Virus record (IMG/VR): IMGVR_UViG_3300045973_000169
Coordinates: 1-64,000 of that record
Strand: one strand, 5' to 3'
Length of the DNA stretch: 64,000 bases
Below the pieces are notes generated by a model. That model had not been told where the DNA came from. It did no database searches and saw only the letters and a list, made by a program, of their open reading frames with translations. This document shows, in pieces, positions 20,770-31,398 of the stretch (position 1 is the first letter of the stretch; every line of letters starts with the position of its first letter). Position numbers and translations under genes: made by a program.

Positions 20770-21207
20770 ATGGAGGGTGATATGAGAAGGGGATATAAAC
20801 AACCTAAACTTGTTGATAAAGTTAAATCTCTTATTGAAGCAGATGCTATCTCATTAGATAGAGTTAGATGCTATGATAACTCTTTGGAGAGTATCCCAGC
20901 TAAAACAGGCAGGACATCCAGAACTCATGGGTTCGAACGTGTCATAATAGAGAGGAATCAGAAGCATCGTGTAAGGTTGAAGAAAGAAAAGAGAATGAAA
21001 GAGATATTTAAAAGGGGCAAGGAAGTCCTAGCAAAGCAAGGAAGTGATCACAACTGTATTAGGAGAGGTAAACGAACTTATAGTAAAGAAGAAGCTGATG
21101 TATATATTAAAGGTTACAAGCAAAAGAAACTTGGGAAATACTATTGTAAGAAGTGTAGAGGTTGGCATCTAACTTCTAAGCTGGAGGTGAGTAATGGTGA
21201 TACTTAG
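20770..21207 (+). CDS. Basic hypothetical protein with C-terminal YxCxxCxGWHLTS zinc motif
   Basis: The YYCKKCRGWHLTS motif is common in small phage proteins. Confidence 0.55.
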   Translation: MEGDMRRGYKQPKLVDKVKSLIEADAISLDRVRCYDNSLESIPAKTGRTSRTHGFERVIIERNQKHRVRLKKEKRMKEIFKRGKEVLAKQGSDHNCIRRGKRTYSKEEADVYIKGYKQKKLGKYYCKKCRGWHLTSKLEVSNGDT

Positions 21208-21714
21208 ATTCATATGGTTATCATTAATGGACCTATTCTTTCTATTCACTCAATTTAAATTAATAGGACTAATAGTATTCTTCCTATTGTTCTGTATTAT
21301 GTTCTACTTGAAGCGTAAATAGAATTTCATGGATTCTTCTGGAGTCATTCGAGAGAGTGGCTCCTAGAGAGTGCGCGAGCATTCTAACTGCAGTACACGT
21401 TACACCTGTTATACCTGTAGTTTACAAGTTACACCTGTTGTACCATAGTACCGTTTAACCGTTACACATTAGTAAATATACCGCTGCTCCAGTCCCCCTA
21501 AAGTCAAGGGCGTGGTGCTATTTGTTGTGTTGAGTTATTAAGTGAGTGATTGTGTTAGTTGTAGCATTGTAGACGTAAGTGTAGCATTTGTCCGAAGATG
21601 TCTTATCGTTGGTTAGTGTTCGTTCGTGGAGTCGTGTTAGTGTATGAAATTTTGAAATGGTGTTAGTGTTTGGCACCATTCAATAAAAAAAAACGTGTTA
21701 GGAAGGAGATTGTC

Positions 21715-22200
21715 ATGATTAAAAAGCGTTCCATGGTAGCAACTGTTGAGAGTCTCAAGACCGATTTCGTGAAGTTTGGTAGCAATGCTGCCATCCGCCA
21801 GATCGATATCAATCTTGGTGACCAGACCCGCATCCGCTGTAATGAAGGCGATGCACTGTTCGACTCTGTTGTAAAGTCCGTTCGCGGTGGCTGTACTCTG
21901 TCGTTCGACTATGCCGACATCCGTGAGGACAAGAAGACCGAGGCTTTGATTTCGGGCGGTACTGGTTCTGTTGGTTCCGGTTGGTTCACCGTGCATGGCG
22001 TCGAGATTACCGATGCGAAACCCGGCGAGATCAGCAAGTTGCTGGAAGAGCGTTTGGAAGCTGCTGCTGTTCCGCTGTCCTTCCCCGAGGCTCCGCGTGA
22101 AATCGTTACCGGTAAGACAAAGGGTGACATTGTTCCCGAGTACAAAGCTGGGGCACATGCTGAAGCCTCTGCTACTGGTGACACGGTTGAGAAGTTCTAG
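21715..22200 (+). CDS. Hypothetical protein, strongly codon-biased (likely highly expressed)
   Basis: AAGGAGA SD before ATG ~21715; GC-rich third codon positions. Confidence 0.65.
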   Translation: MIKKRSMVATVESLKTDFVKFGSNAAIRQIDINLGDQTRIRCNEGDALFDSVVKSVRGGCTLSFDYADIREDKKTEALISGGTGSVGSGWFTVHGVEITDAKPGEISKLLEERLEAAAVPLSFPEAPREIVTGKTKGDIVPEYKAGAHAEASATGDTVEKF

Positions 22201-23719
22201 CCTTTTGTGCTAGTGTACGATTTTGGTAGGGGTACCGAATCCCTGCAGAGGGATAGGATTGAGTTGCTAATCCCTATCAAACGGTAGAGGGGCCTCCATT
22301 GTTATGCATACAGTGGAGCCGAAAAGCCCCTCACCGTATTATTCTGTATCGAAGGAAGGAGAACTTAAACCAATGGTTATCGAAATTAAGAGTGACACCG
22401 TAGTCAGCTCAAATCGACCATGCCATGGATGTCGAAACTTCCAGTTTAGGAGAGTAACAACGGAAGAGACCGATCCTGAAGCTAGGATTGAGGCGCAACA
22501 ACTTACAAAAGAAACCTGTTTAACTTGTGGTATCACTCGACCACGAACTTCTTTAAAGATTTATAGAGTGAAAAGTCCACCTGAACGTCGAAAACAAGAA
22601 AGGGGATGATATTTTGAAAAACTTCTTTAAAAAAGTATTCAAGTATGGGTCCCTCTTTATTATGGGATATGCATTACACATACTTGTAGAGGCATTTGTT
22701 GTAACGAATATACTTGCTATGTTCGGGATGCATATTCCCGTTCTAGTATAAGGGGGTGAACTTATGATCCATCCCATACTTCTGGCTTTCATTTCTATGA
22801 TTGTTGGGAGTGTTGCACTCGTTATTACATTCGCTACAGGTCGTTGGTTCTTTAGGAACTTTATTGATCCACCCAACATGGAACTTGTTCGTGAGTTTAA
22901 CTCTTGTGTTGAAACTATAACTCGAGAACATCAACGTGGGAAACAACTCTATCGTAAATTCGGTACTGCTGAAATGAGAATCGCACAAAAGAATTGGGGT
23001 GCTGAAACACTTAGCACTTTCAAGTGAGGTGGTATATCATGCTCATGGTATTCTATGTTGGATTCGGAACTGGCATATTGTTTTATATCATTAAACTTGT
23101 CATGTTCTTTATTAGTACCCGTGGTTGGTTAAACTGGCTATGGAGATTAGCTCATCGTAATGGATTAGCTTTATTCATATTCGACTTTATATTCGGATTG
23201 ATAATCTCTAGTGCCATACACACTGCTGGAGCCGAAGGGTTAACTACCCTATTTGTATTTATCGGCTTCACTGTAAGCTCATGTTTTTACGTTATCACAC
23301 ACCTTAGTTGTCGAAAGGGAAAGGAGTTAGCATGCGCATTTGGCCGTTCGTATTAATGATGACAATGTGCATACTCTTCTTTGGTGTAATGTTCTTTGCA
23401 TTCTATAAGTTTATCATCCTCTTAATCGGGGCTGCTTGCTTTGCATGTGCAATGTTCGTAACACTTAAGGTCTGTATCCCATTTGTCAATTGGTGCTATG
23501 GTTTGAAACACAGAATTAAAGATTGTACTGGTAGATAGCGTTCGCGGACTGCCATCCTGAGAGATAGAGACTCTAAGTGCCAACTCAAAAAGGCATGTAC
23601 AGTTTCTTTGGCTGATATACGTGAACATACGCTAAATGATCCTATATTACGACTCTTGCCTGACTGGTCATCGGGTAAAAGCATATTTAGAGGATTAGTT
23701 CTACCAGTGCATTAAATAA

Positions 23720-23806
23720 GCCTCTATGGTGGAATTGGTAGACACAAGGGACTTAAAATCCCTCGACAGTAATGTCGTCCCAGTTCGACTCTGGGTAGGG
23801 GCACCA
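23720..23806 (+). tRNA. tRNA-Leu(TAA)
   Basis: GCCTCTA/TAGGGGC acceptor stem, D-loop GG, anticodon loop CTTAAAA, long variable arm, GTTCGAC T-loop, CCA end. Confidence 0.93.
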
Positions 23807-23828
23807 CTCTTACACGAAAGGAGATACA

Positions 23829-24032
23829 ATGAAACTGCCTAACATGACTAAGTTAAAAGACATCAAAGGGGAACCTATGTATGTTAATGCTGACAGGGTT
23901 ACTTCAGTTACTCTTGATGCAACGGGTACGAACACTGTCATCTGTCTTGATGGCAATGTCCAAGGCTTTTATGTCAAGGGTACGCCCGACGAAGTTGTTG
24001 CACTCATCGACGCTGCACATATCATCTCGTAG
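23829..24032 (+). CDS. Hypothetical small protein (FlbD-like pattern: KL...G.P.YVN.D.V...TVI)
   Basis: AAGGAGA SD; motif resemblance only. Confidence 0.5.
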   Translation: MKLPNMTKLKDIKGEPMYVNADRVTSVTLDATGTNTVICLDGNVQGFYVKGTPDEVVALIDAAHIIS

Positions 24033-24060
24033 TATAAACTCGCTTGAAAGGAGAATTACC

Positions 24061-24435
24061 ATGAACAAGAAAGAACAGGATGCATTCCTCCTTGCCTACA
24101 ATGGCAGGACATTCGAACAACTGACTGAAGCAAAGAAATCCGATTTCAGCGGAAAAGAAGACATCTACTTCGATATCATGAAAGCTAAGGGAGCTGATAA
24201 ACCTGCTGGTGCATCTACACTTATCGTCATGGGCCTGAAAAAGAAAGTCATCGACGGTGTTGTCGAATCCATCACCGGTCTCAAAGCAACTGGCGCTCAG
24301 GCTATCATCGAGTCTGATGCCGAGAAAGAAAAGAACGCCCTGCTGGAAGGTATCGCTGAAGCAACCAAAGACATGCCGCAACCTGCTGTAGCTGCCATGC
24401 TCAAAGCTTTGAACGATGCCAAACAGCACCCGTAA
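24061..24435 (+). CDS. Hypothetical protein
   Basis: AAGGAGA SD before ATG 24061; codon-biased. Confidence 0.6.
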   Translation: MNKKEQDAFLLAYNGRTFEQLTEAKKSDFSGKEDIYFDIMKAKGADKPAGASTLIVMGLKKKVIDGVVESITGLKATGAQAIIESDAEKEKNALLEGIAEATKDMPQPAVAAMLKALNDAKQHP

Positions 24436-25902
24436 CAATCCGCAAACCATGGAGGTTAGGTGTTAGTTTTGAATCTAACCTTCATGGTTGTAGTACACTT
24501 GAGGAACATATATTCTTCAGTGCATATTATATTACGAAAAGGAGCTTCAAATGTTTACCACAAAAACTTATTCCCGTCAAAAGCTTAAACAGTGTCGTAC
24601 TAAGATAGTATTACTCCTCGCAAGAAATCCTCGAACGTATAGTTCTGGAAGTGTCTCATCGTGATGTACATTCCTTGTATGTTTACTATTACTAAATTTT
24701 TTAGTTAAATTGTTAGATCCGACTCTTGTAAAAAGTTAGCCTTTTAATTTTGACATTTTTTGGAAACTTAATCAAATCAATAGCTTGTGTTAATTACGCA
24801 GAGATAGTATATTTAGTATCACTAAAAACTTCTATATGCGTATAACATGAGTATGATTGTATTTCTAATAGAAACTTATACCGTAACTTATTGATATTGT
24901 TAAATAAAGGGGGAATATGCATAAATTGTACAGTCACTGTTCTATTAATGTCTATTTCAAGTTGTCTCTATTTAGACTATAAACTTATTCCCAACTTATC
25001 CAAACTTATACTCATCTCACTCCACTATAATCACTTCTCTACAGAAACTTATTCCTTTCCTCGTCCTTACCCATCTAACTTAGTGTTATTGTTCGGAGTT
25101 ATCTTCCCACTGTATATAGGTGTTATTGTTTGGTGTTTAATCTATTATTTAAAAGGTGGTATTGTATGAAAAAGGTTATATTTGAAGAAGAAGTTAGTGA
25201 TACTGTTAAGTTTAATGATTGTAATATTCGTTCTCGGCCTATTGGAGTCCAAGTAGGTAATAAGAAATATTTTACTACTGATGCTGATATGAAAGATTCT
25301 GCTTATCAGTTAGTTGATCTTGATGAGAATTTTAAATTCGTCCTTGGTTCTTGTGTTAGAGGTCAGGATACTCAAAGCTTCCTTAAGGATATTAAGATTA
25401 AGTTTCCTCTTTGTCTTATTTATGAGTTTAATTCTTCTCGTGAATTGCTTGTTTGGTTACTTAAATAAAAGGGGTGTTATATGTTCTGGTTATTAGTTTG
25501 GTTTACTCTTGGTGTTATACCTTGGTTCTATGATATTAAGAAACATAAGGTTCTTGTTATAGGGGATATATTGTCTTTTATAATATGTGCGGCTTTCGGT
25601 CTCTTTGGTTTTATTTGGTTTGTTGTTCTCCTTAGTCGTGATGATAAGGTTTGTCTTGACAATCCATTTTATAAAAGGTGACCTATGTTCCCTATTCTTA
25701 TGAGCCTTGTTCTCTGGTATATTATAGGAGTTGTATTATCCTTGTATACATTCTCAATCAATGATTGTTCTGATAAGTATATTGACCCTGTTGTTTTTAT
25801 ACTTGCTTTACTTGGACCTTTTGTTATTGGGATGGTGTTCTTTGCTTTACTTGAACGTTATTTAAATCGTGTTAAAATTAAGAATCCATTTTGTAAAAGG
25901 AG

Positions 25903-26310
25903 ATGGTAGTGGAAAGACCTGAATTAATTAAGCATGGTGAGTCTTTCATTAAGTCAATGGAAGAGTTAGTTACTCATTACCTTGGGGCTGTTGAGCTTGG
26001 TATATCAAAGAATAATTATACTATTAAGTTTGGTAAACCCTGTTTATTGTGTAATCCTCTTGATTGTGATGAGAGTTATCATTCTGTAGTTGCTCCACCT
26101 TTTGATCATATGGCTAGCTGTGTTGCTCTTGGTTGTCCTTGGATAGTTATGACAGGTTTGACCTGTGATGGTTATTATAAGACATTAAGTAATCCTAGTG
26201 TTACATACTTAGGGCCTATTTATCATTCAACTGATAAAGCATATCAGATGTTTCGTGTTATCCAGTTACGTGAATGGATAGCTGCATATAAAAAATACTT
26301 TGGAGTGTAA
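25903..26310 (+). CDS. Cys-rich paralog family member (CxLC...CPWxxxTGxxC)
   Basis: Motif shared with 27008, 29996 and 59355. Confidence 0.6.
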   Translation: MVVERPELIKHGESFIKSMEELVTHYLGAVELGISKNNYTIKFGKPCLLCNPLDCDESYHSVVAPPFDHMASCVALGCPWIVMTGLTCDGYYKTLSNPSVTYLGPIYHSTDKAYQMFRVIQLREWIAAYKKYFGV

Positions 26311-27007
26311 GGAGCTTGTATGGATTTAGTATATGAGCTTGATCGTATTATATTCATCATTAACCGTGATGGACCTGATGAAGGTAAGAAGTTTGCTAAA
26401 CGTATAACTAAAATATATCTTGATACATGTAAGGGATTTCGTAAGAAGTTTCATTCAAGATATCATCCTATGCGTTATGCATATATTCAATCAGCTTGGT
26501 CAGCCAGGTATATATTAAGAGAGATGTTGTGAAGTGTAAGAAGTGTCATTCTGTCCTTGATGGTAAGTGGTGTTGGAGCTGTATGAAATTTGAATGGGAG
26601 ATATAATATGTCATTTAATGTCTTTAAACCAGTTCGTAAAAATGTTGATCCTAAGCTTTGGATAGAGTGGAAGAAGTTGAGAGACATTGAGCAGAAGATG
26701 AGACAGAGTATTATTACTCTTGATGCTATTAAGGAAGATACATGTGATTTTGAAGTTGCATGTGATTCTGTTGTTGAGTTGATGAATAAACTATCTAAAA
26801 GGATGGGTTCATAATATGGCTATTATCTGTAATTGCAGGAAGTGTGGTACGCTTGTTGAGATAGCTGAGTTTATTGATACTAAGGCTGGTGTTAAGGATT
26901 TAGTTAAAGCTACTTGTCATGGTGAGACTCAACCTTTATCAGTTACTGGACATCGTAATCTTGATGGATCTGATGTTGTTTTAAATTTCTTTTAAGAAAG
27001 GTGGAAT

Positions 27008-27349
27008 ATGACTACTAAAGAAAAGATCAATATAGAAAAGATAATTGAAGCTCTCTTATTGTTACGTTCGTATTATGAACGTTCTATTAAAGGCAATGTA
27101 TCATATGCTCTCTATCTTTATGGTAATGATCTTGAATGTCCATTGTGCGATGCTATGTGTGACATTTATGGTTATATAAACTGTAAGCAATGCCCTTGGG
27201 CAGTTATGACTGGCTTGCCTTGTTGTGAATTATCGGATGGTCCTTCAAAGAATCTTTTTACTCGTATAAGTAATGATCCTGATGTTAAGCAAGCTCGTAT
27301 TAATGAAATTGATGAATGGATTGAGTTTTACTCAAATCTAACTAATTAA
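27008..27349 (+). CDS. Cys-rich paralog family member
   Basis: CPLC...CKQCPWAVMTGLPC. Confidence 0.6.
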   Translation: MTTKEKINIEKIIEALLLLRSYYERSIKGNVSYALYLYGNDLECPLCDAMCDIYGYINCKQCPWAVMTGLPCCELSDGPSKNLFTRISNDPDVKQARINEIDEWIEFYSNLTN

Positions 27350-27370
27350 TTAAGAAAGGAGAAGCATAGT

Positions 27371-28618
27371 ATGGCTAAGTTTATCCGTTTCAATGGTTGG
27401 GACAAAAGAGATTTAGAATGTATGTATGCTAATCCTGGTTATAGTAGTGGTATGGCTGATACTTATAGTGAAAGTGATAAAGATTTACATTATGAGTATG
27501 ATCCAAGTAAGAAGAAAGCTATACCTGCTGTTGAGCTTGAAGAGAGATTTAAAATTATCATTGATTCAACTGTTGTCTGTATGCTTGGTGTTGCTAAACA
27601 AATGACTCATAAATCTGTTTGTATTATATATGGCAGAGATATGTATCCTGTTTGTGAAGTTATCCGAGTGTTAGGATATAAGTTAAGAGGGACTTATATC
27701 TATATTGAAGGTGCTTCAAGATATACTTCTTCTGAAGAAGTTTTCAGGAAAAGATTTGCTGATGAGTTCAGTCCTATTTTTGAAAAGGCTGATAAGGTTA
27801 TTGGCTTTGATACTGGTTATCAAGGTACAATTCCAAGTAATATGATTAGAAAGAATCCTCATATTGCTAAATCAGTTAAAGATAAACATGTAATAAGGCT
27901 GATGGCTGCTACATCTGATCCTAAAGAGCATTGTATCTTTAGGGATTATATAGACACAGATAGCCAGTATCATTGGAAAAATGTAGTTAGTTATCTTGAA
28001 GACTTTTATAAGCCTATTACAAGGCCGACTAGAGTCTATAAGAATATGCCTATTCTGAATGTTGCTGATAAAGAATCTATTGAGAAAACATATGCTCTCT
28101 TGGGTTTAATAGCAGCTAAATGTAAAGAATTAGAGCCTATACTGTCTTATCTTCTGCATCCAGAAATTGATATAGTTGATGAATTACTTTCCTTAAAGAA
28201 AAAAGTTGAAGTTAAGCTGGAAGAAAAGAAAGAAGAAGCTAAAACTGATATTGATCCATTATTTAAACCAGGGGTTAAGGTTAAACTAAAAGAATCATCT
28301 AAATATTATGACCAATATAAAAAATATGGTGATCATTCTTTTGGTGTTATTCAAGAAGATTCTTGTGATACGTCTTGGGTTGAAGTTAAATGGCCTATAG
28401 ATAATCAGGAGTTTTGTTATCCAAAAGAAGATCTTATCATTGTAAATGGATTTGCTGTTGGTGATAAGATTAAGCCTAAAGCTAATGCCCCTTATTTAAT
28501 GATTGTTGGTTCATGGAGAGGAGAGGTTATTGGCGTAGATAGTGATATGTGCTCTGATAAACTTCAAGTAAGTGGTGGATATTTTGTTGATGAAGATTTT
28601 TTTGAATTAGATATTTAA
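27371..28618 (+). CDS. Hypothetical protein (415 aa) with C-terminal SH3/KOW-like repeats
   Basis: AAGGAGA SD; FKPGVKVKLK and FAVGDKIKPK repeat starts. Confidence 0.6.
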   Translation: MAKFIRFNGWDKRDLECMYANPGYSSGMADTYSESDKDLHYEYDPSKKKAIPAVELEERFKIIIDSTVVCMLGVAKQMTHKSVCIIYGRDMYPVCEVIRVLGYKLRGTYIYIEGASRYTSSEEVFRKRFADEFSPIFEKADKVIGFDTGYQGTIPSNMIRKNPHIAKSVKDKHVIRLMAATSDPKEHCIFRDYIDTDSQYHWKNVVSYLEDFYKPITRPTRVYKNMPILNVADKESIEKTYALLGLIAAKCKELEPILSYLLHPEIDIVDELLSLKKKVEVKLEEKKEEAKTDIDPLFKPGVKVKLKESSKYYDQYKKYGDHSFGVIQEDSCDTSWVEVKWPIDNQEFCYPKEDLIIVNGFAVGDKIKPKANAPYLMIVGSWRGEVIGVDSDMCSDKLQVSGGYFVDEDFFELDI

Positions 28619-28684
28619 GCAAAGGAGCTTAGTAAATGAAAACGCATGGCTTGTAACTGTAACGGAATGTGGAATATATAACGA

Positions 28685-28978
28685 TTAGTCATCTTATATA
28701 GGAAACATAGGATTGCAGTATAAAGATCTTGTCTAATTTGATTAGCGGTGTGATGGCCGAAGGGTAAGATGTGGAAGAGAGCGATACTCTCCTATGAGGG
28801 CTTATATATTATTAGACAATATACATCATTAGGATTCCTGTAATTTGATCAATTGTGGGGCCTAGACAAACATATATGGATGTAGAGCGATATGCTCGTA
28901 GCTTAGGCTATTAGACAGCATGCAGATACCGTATATGGACTAACTCTGTCTTAGAGAATTGGTGACATAAACTCTAAG
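28685..28978 (+). ncRNA. Putative structured non-coding RNA
   Basis: ORF-free; nested helices TTAGTC/GACTAA and TTGTCTAAT/ATTAGACAA, two GAGCGATA-containing hairpins, GU-rich hairpin at 28830-28864. Confidence 0.5.
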
Positions 28979-28993
28979 TAAAAATAAAAAATG

Positions 28994-29021
28994 TTGACAA
29001 TTAAACTGAAAGGTAGATACT
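28994..29021 (+). promoter_or_regulatory. Sigma70-type promoter
   Basis: TTGACA-16 nt-GATACT with an A-rich UP element upstream. Confidence 0.55.
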
Positions 29022-29995
29022 GTCATGAATTCAGACTCTTCGTAGCTTGAGATTGTAACTTTATTTTATACTTATATGATTATACTATTGGATATATTAT
29101 TGGAAGAATTAGGAGATTATAGGAGCTAGCATACCTTCTTAGATATCGACGGATATCAGTATGCTATATAGAGTAAAGTACATATTGTGTATTTTATTGT
29201 GTATATCAAATTGAAAGGATATTATCATGGCTTATACGTTATCTCAGATTGAAAATGAAATTTTAGTTTCAATTAAAGCAAAGATTCCATCGTTGTTAGG
29301 TATAGTTAGTAAGGATAGATATCAAGAGAAGATTGATAAAGCTGCTAATATAATAGAGGTTCTTATTGCACATATAAGAAAACTCGATAGAAACATTGCT
29401 TTATTAGAACTTGATAAGAAATATAGTTTATCTAAACAAAAATCTAAAGTTAAGTCTGATTCTGCTGAACGAGCATTTGATAATGATGTTCGTAAGGAAT
29501 GGGCTAAACGAGTAGTTCGTGATATGCCTAAATTAACAACTGAAAATGTATTAAATCTTGTACGCTCTGCTTATATAGAGGGTTATAAGAAAGGAGAATA
29601 ATATGCTTGAATTTATACTTGGGTTAGCATTTCTTGTAGCTCTAGGATGTATTGCATTTGGACTGTTTGCATTTTATCATAACTTCTCTTCATTTTGTAA
29701 CTGGGGTATGGTATTGCTAATAACAATTGGTATCATAATTATATTCATTGACACTGTTCATAGTCTTGGAGTTATCGTATTAAAGGTCTTTGGATAGTAT
29801 GTCTGAATTTGCCATGAAGTATTTAGCATTCGTTATTATGTTATTGATTGGGGTTGAATGCTCTGTAATGAATACAAAAGATAAGGATGCATTACAATCA
29901 GTTATATCGTTTGTTGCATTAATAGTTTATGTTGTTATTTATATCATAAAGAAAGGTGTTATTGTTTGGCACCTATTTAGCTAAGGAGAATAAAC

Positions 29996-30322
29996 ATGTC
30001 AAAGCAAGTAACAAAAGAGATGTATTATGCTATGGTAGATCTTCTAGCATGGTATAAAGATGGTGTTAGTCTCAAAGATAAATATGGGGCTGAATGTCCA
30101 TTGTGTTGTGCTTCTTCTCCTGGATGTACTAAATGTGCATGGATGATCTTTGAAGGTAAAGATTGTTTTGATTGGGAAGAAGAGATGGGTTTTGGTGAAG
30201 ATGCAATTGTCCGTGCTCGTATAGCACCTGATCTTTGTGAATCTAATCTTGTTAAACTCAGGATAGAAATGCTTGAACGTTGGTGTAAGGAAAGTAAAAT
30301 AATGCTTGGAGACCAGGTATGA
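29996..30322 (+). CDS. Cys-rich paralog family member
   Basis: CPLCC...CTKCAWMIFEGKDC; AAGGAG SD. Confidence 0.6.
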   Translation: MSKQVTKEMYYAMVDLLAWYKDGVSLKDKYGAECPLCCASSPGCTKCAWMIFEGKDCFDWEEEMGFGEDAIVRARIAPDLCESNLVKLRIEMLERWCKESKIMLGDQV

Positions 30323-30826
30323 CAATATCAATGGTTTGTATCATTGGGGCTATTCTTGTGTCTGTCAATGGGAAAAGAGGCTGGGGATGGTTATTATTCT
30401 TTGCTTTTCTTTTTTCAGGAGTGAAGTAATATGACCAATGAAATGATTAAGCATTATGTTGAACATGTGCTAATAGGTGATATATCTCAGTTAGATGAGA
30501 TGGAAGCTACATTAGCAGGTAAGGTTGTACAAGCTTTTATAATACGAGTAGATGAGATCAGAACCAAACATGCTAACAGGGCATTAAGGGTTAAGAAAGG
30601 ATAGTATATGTTACATCATGTTCGAGGAGTCTATTTAAATGGACAATTTGAAGACAGTAAGGTTAAGAGTGAAGATTTAGCAAATCATCTCTACTATGAT
30701 ATCCATTTCAGACCTGGTAGAGCTTTGTTTCTTGATGGTAAATGTCTTCACAAAGGACATCTTGAAATGTCTAGATGTATGGATATTCAGAATGCTCTTG
30801 TAGTTTCGTTACAACAATGAGTAATT

Positions 30827-30911
30827 GGGGTTGTAGCGGATCGGCCTTCTAAGCCGTGCACATAACACCGTAATGGATCGCATGCTGGTTCGAATCCAGT
30901 CAGCCCCTCCA
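30827..30911 (+). tRNA. Atypical D-armless tRNA-Arg(TCT)-like RNA
   Basis: GGGGTTG/CAGCCCC acceptor stem, CGGC-CTTCTAA-GCCG anticodon arm, GCTGG-TTCGAAT-CCAGT T arm, CCA. No D arm; long variable region. Confidence 0.7.
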
Positions 30912-31253
30912 TTATTCATTTGAATGTAAAATTGAATGACAATTAGCACATAGTAAAATGCATTTATCTAGTTCTTCGTTTATTGAACTTTGTGATCTTA
31001 AACGCAGCTTACCCCAATCAAAATCTTTTTGAGAAGGGTTTGTATGATGGAATTGCATTGCAGCATAGTGATATTCATTATTACAATGATTACATTTAGA
31101 TCCAAGATAAATAATTGCATCTTTTTTACGTTGGATCCATCGCTCAATGCAGTAAGCATTAAAACAAGTTTTACAATAAGTTTGTAACTTAGTGCCTTTA
31201 GTATAGAATTCTGATTTATTTTTTTCTGTGTTACATTTTGAGCATGTTTTCAT
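30912..31253 (-). CDS. HNH endonuclease inserted in the tRNA cluster (opposite strand)
   Basis: CSKC...CKTC, LGSKCNHC, FHH...KDF, ELDKCILLCANCH; AAGGAGA SD. Confidence 0.88.
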   Translation of the reverse strand: MKTCSKCNTEKNKSEFYTKGTKLQTYCKTCFNAYCIERWIQRKKDAIIYLGSKCNHCNNEYHYAAMQFHHTNPSQKDFDWGKLRLRSQSSINEELDKCILLCANCHSILHSNE

Positions 31254-31322
31254 ATATGTCTCCTTATTTGTTAATAACTAGATTAGAATTAAAGTGTCTA
31301 TCCAGTCAGGCGCACCAAATTT

Positions 31323-31397
31323 GGGTCTCTCTTCCAGTGTGCAGGAAGATCCGCTCATAACGGATTAAGTAGAGTTCGATTCTCTAGGGACCCACCA
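31323..31397 (+). tRNA. tRNA with CAT anticodon (Met or Ile2)
   Basis: GGGTCTC/GGGACCC acceptor, ATCCG-CTCATAA-CGGAT, TAGAG-TTCGATT-CTCTA, ACCA. Confidence 0.85.
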
Positions 31398-31398
31398 T

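Noticed and set aside
24891-25169. 92-aa ORF
   Set aside because: TTG start without SD, in a repeat-rich low-complexity intergenic tract.
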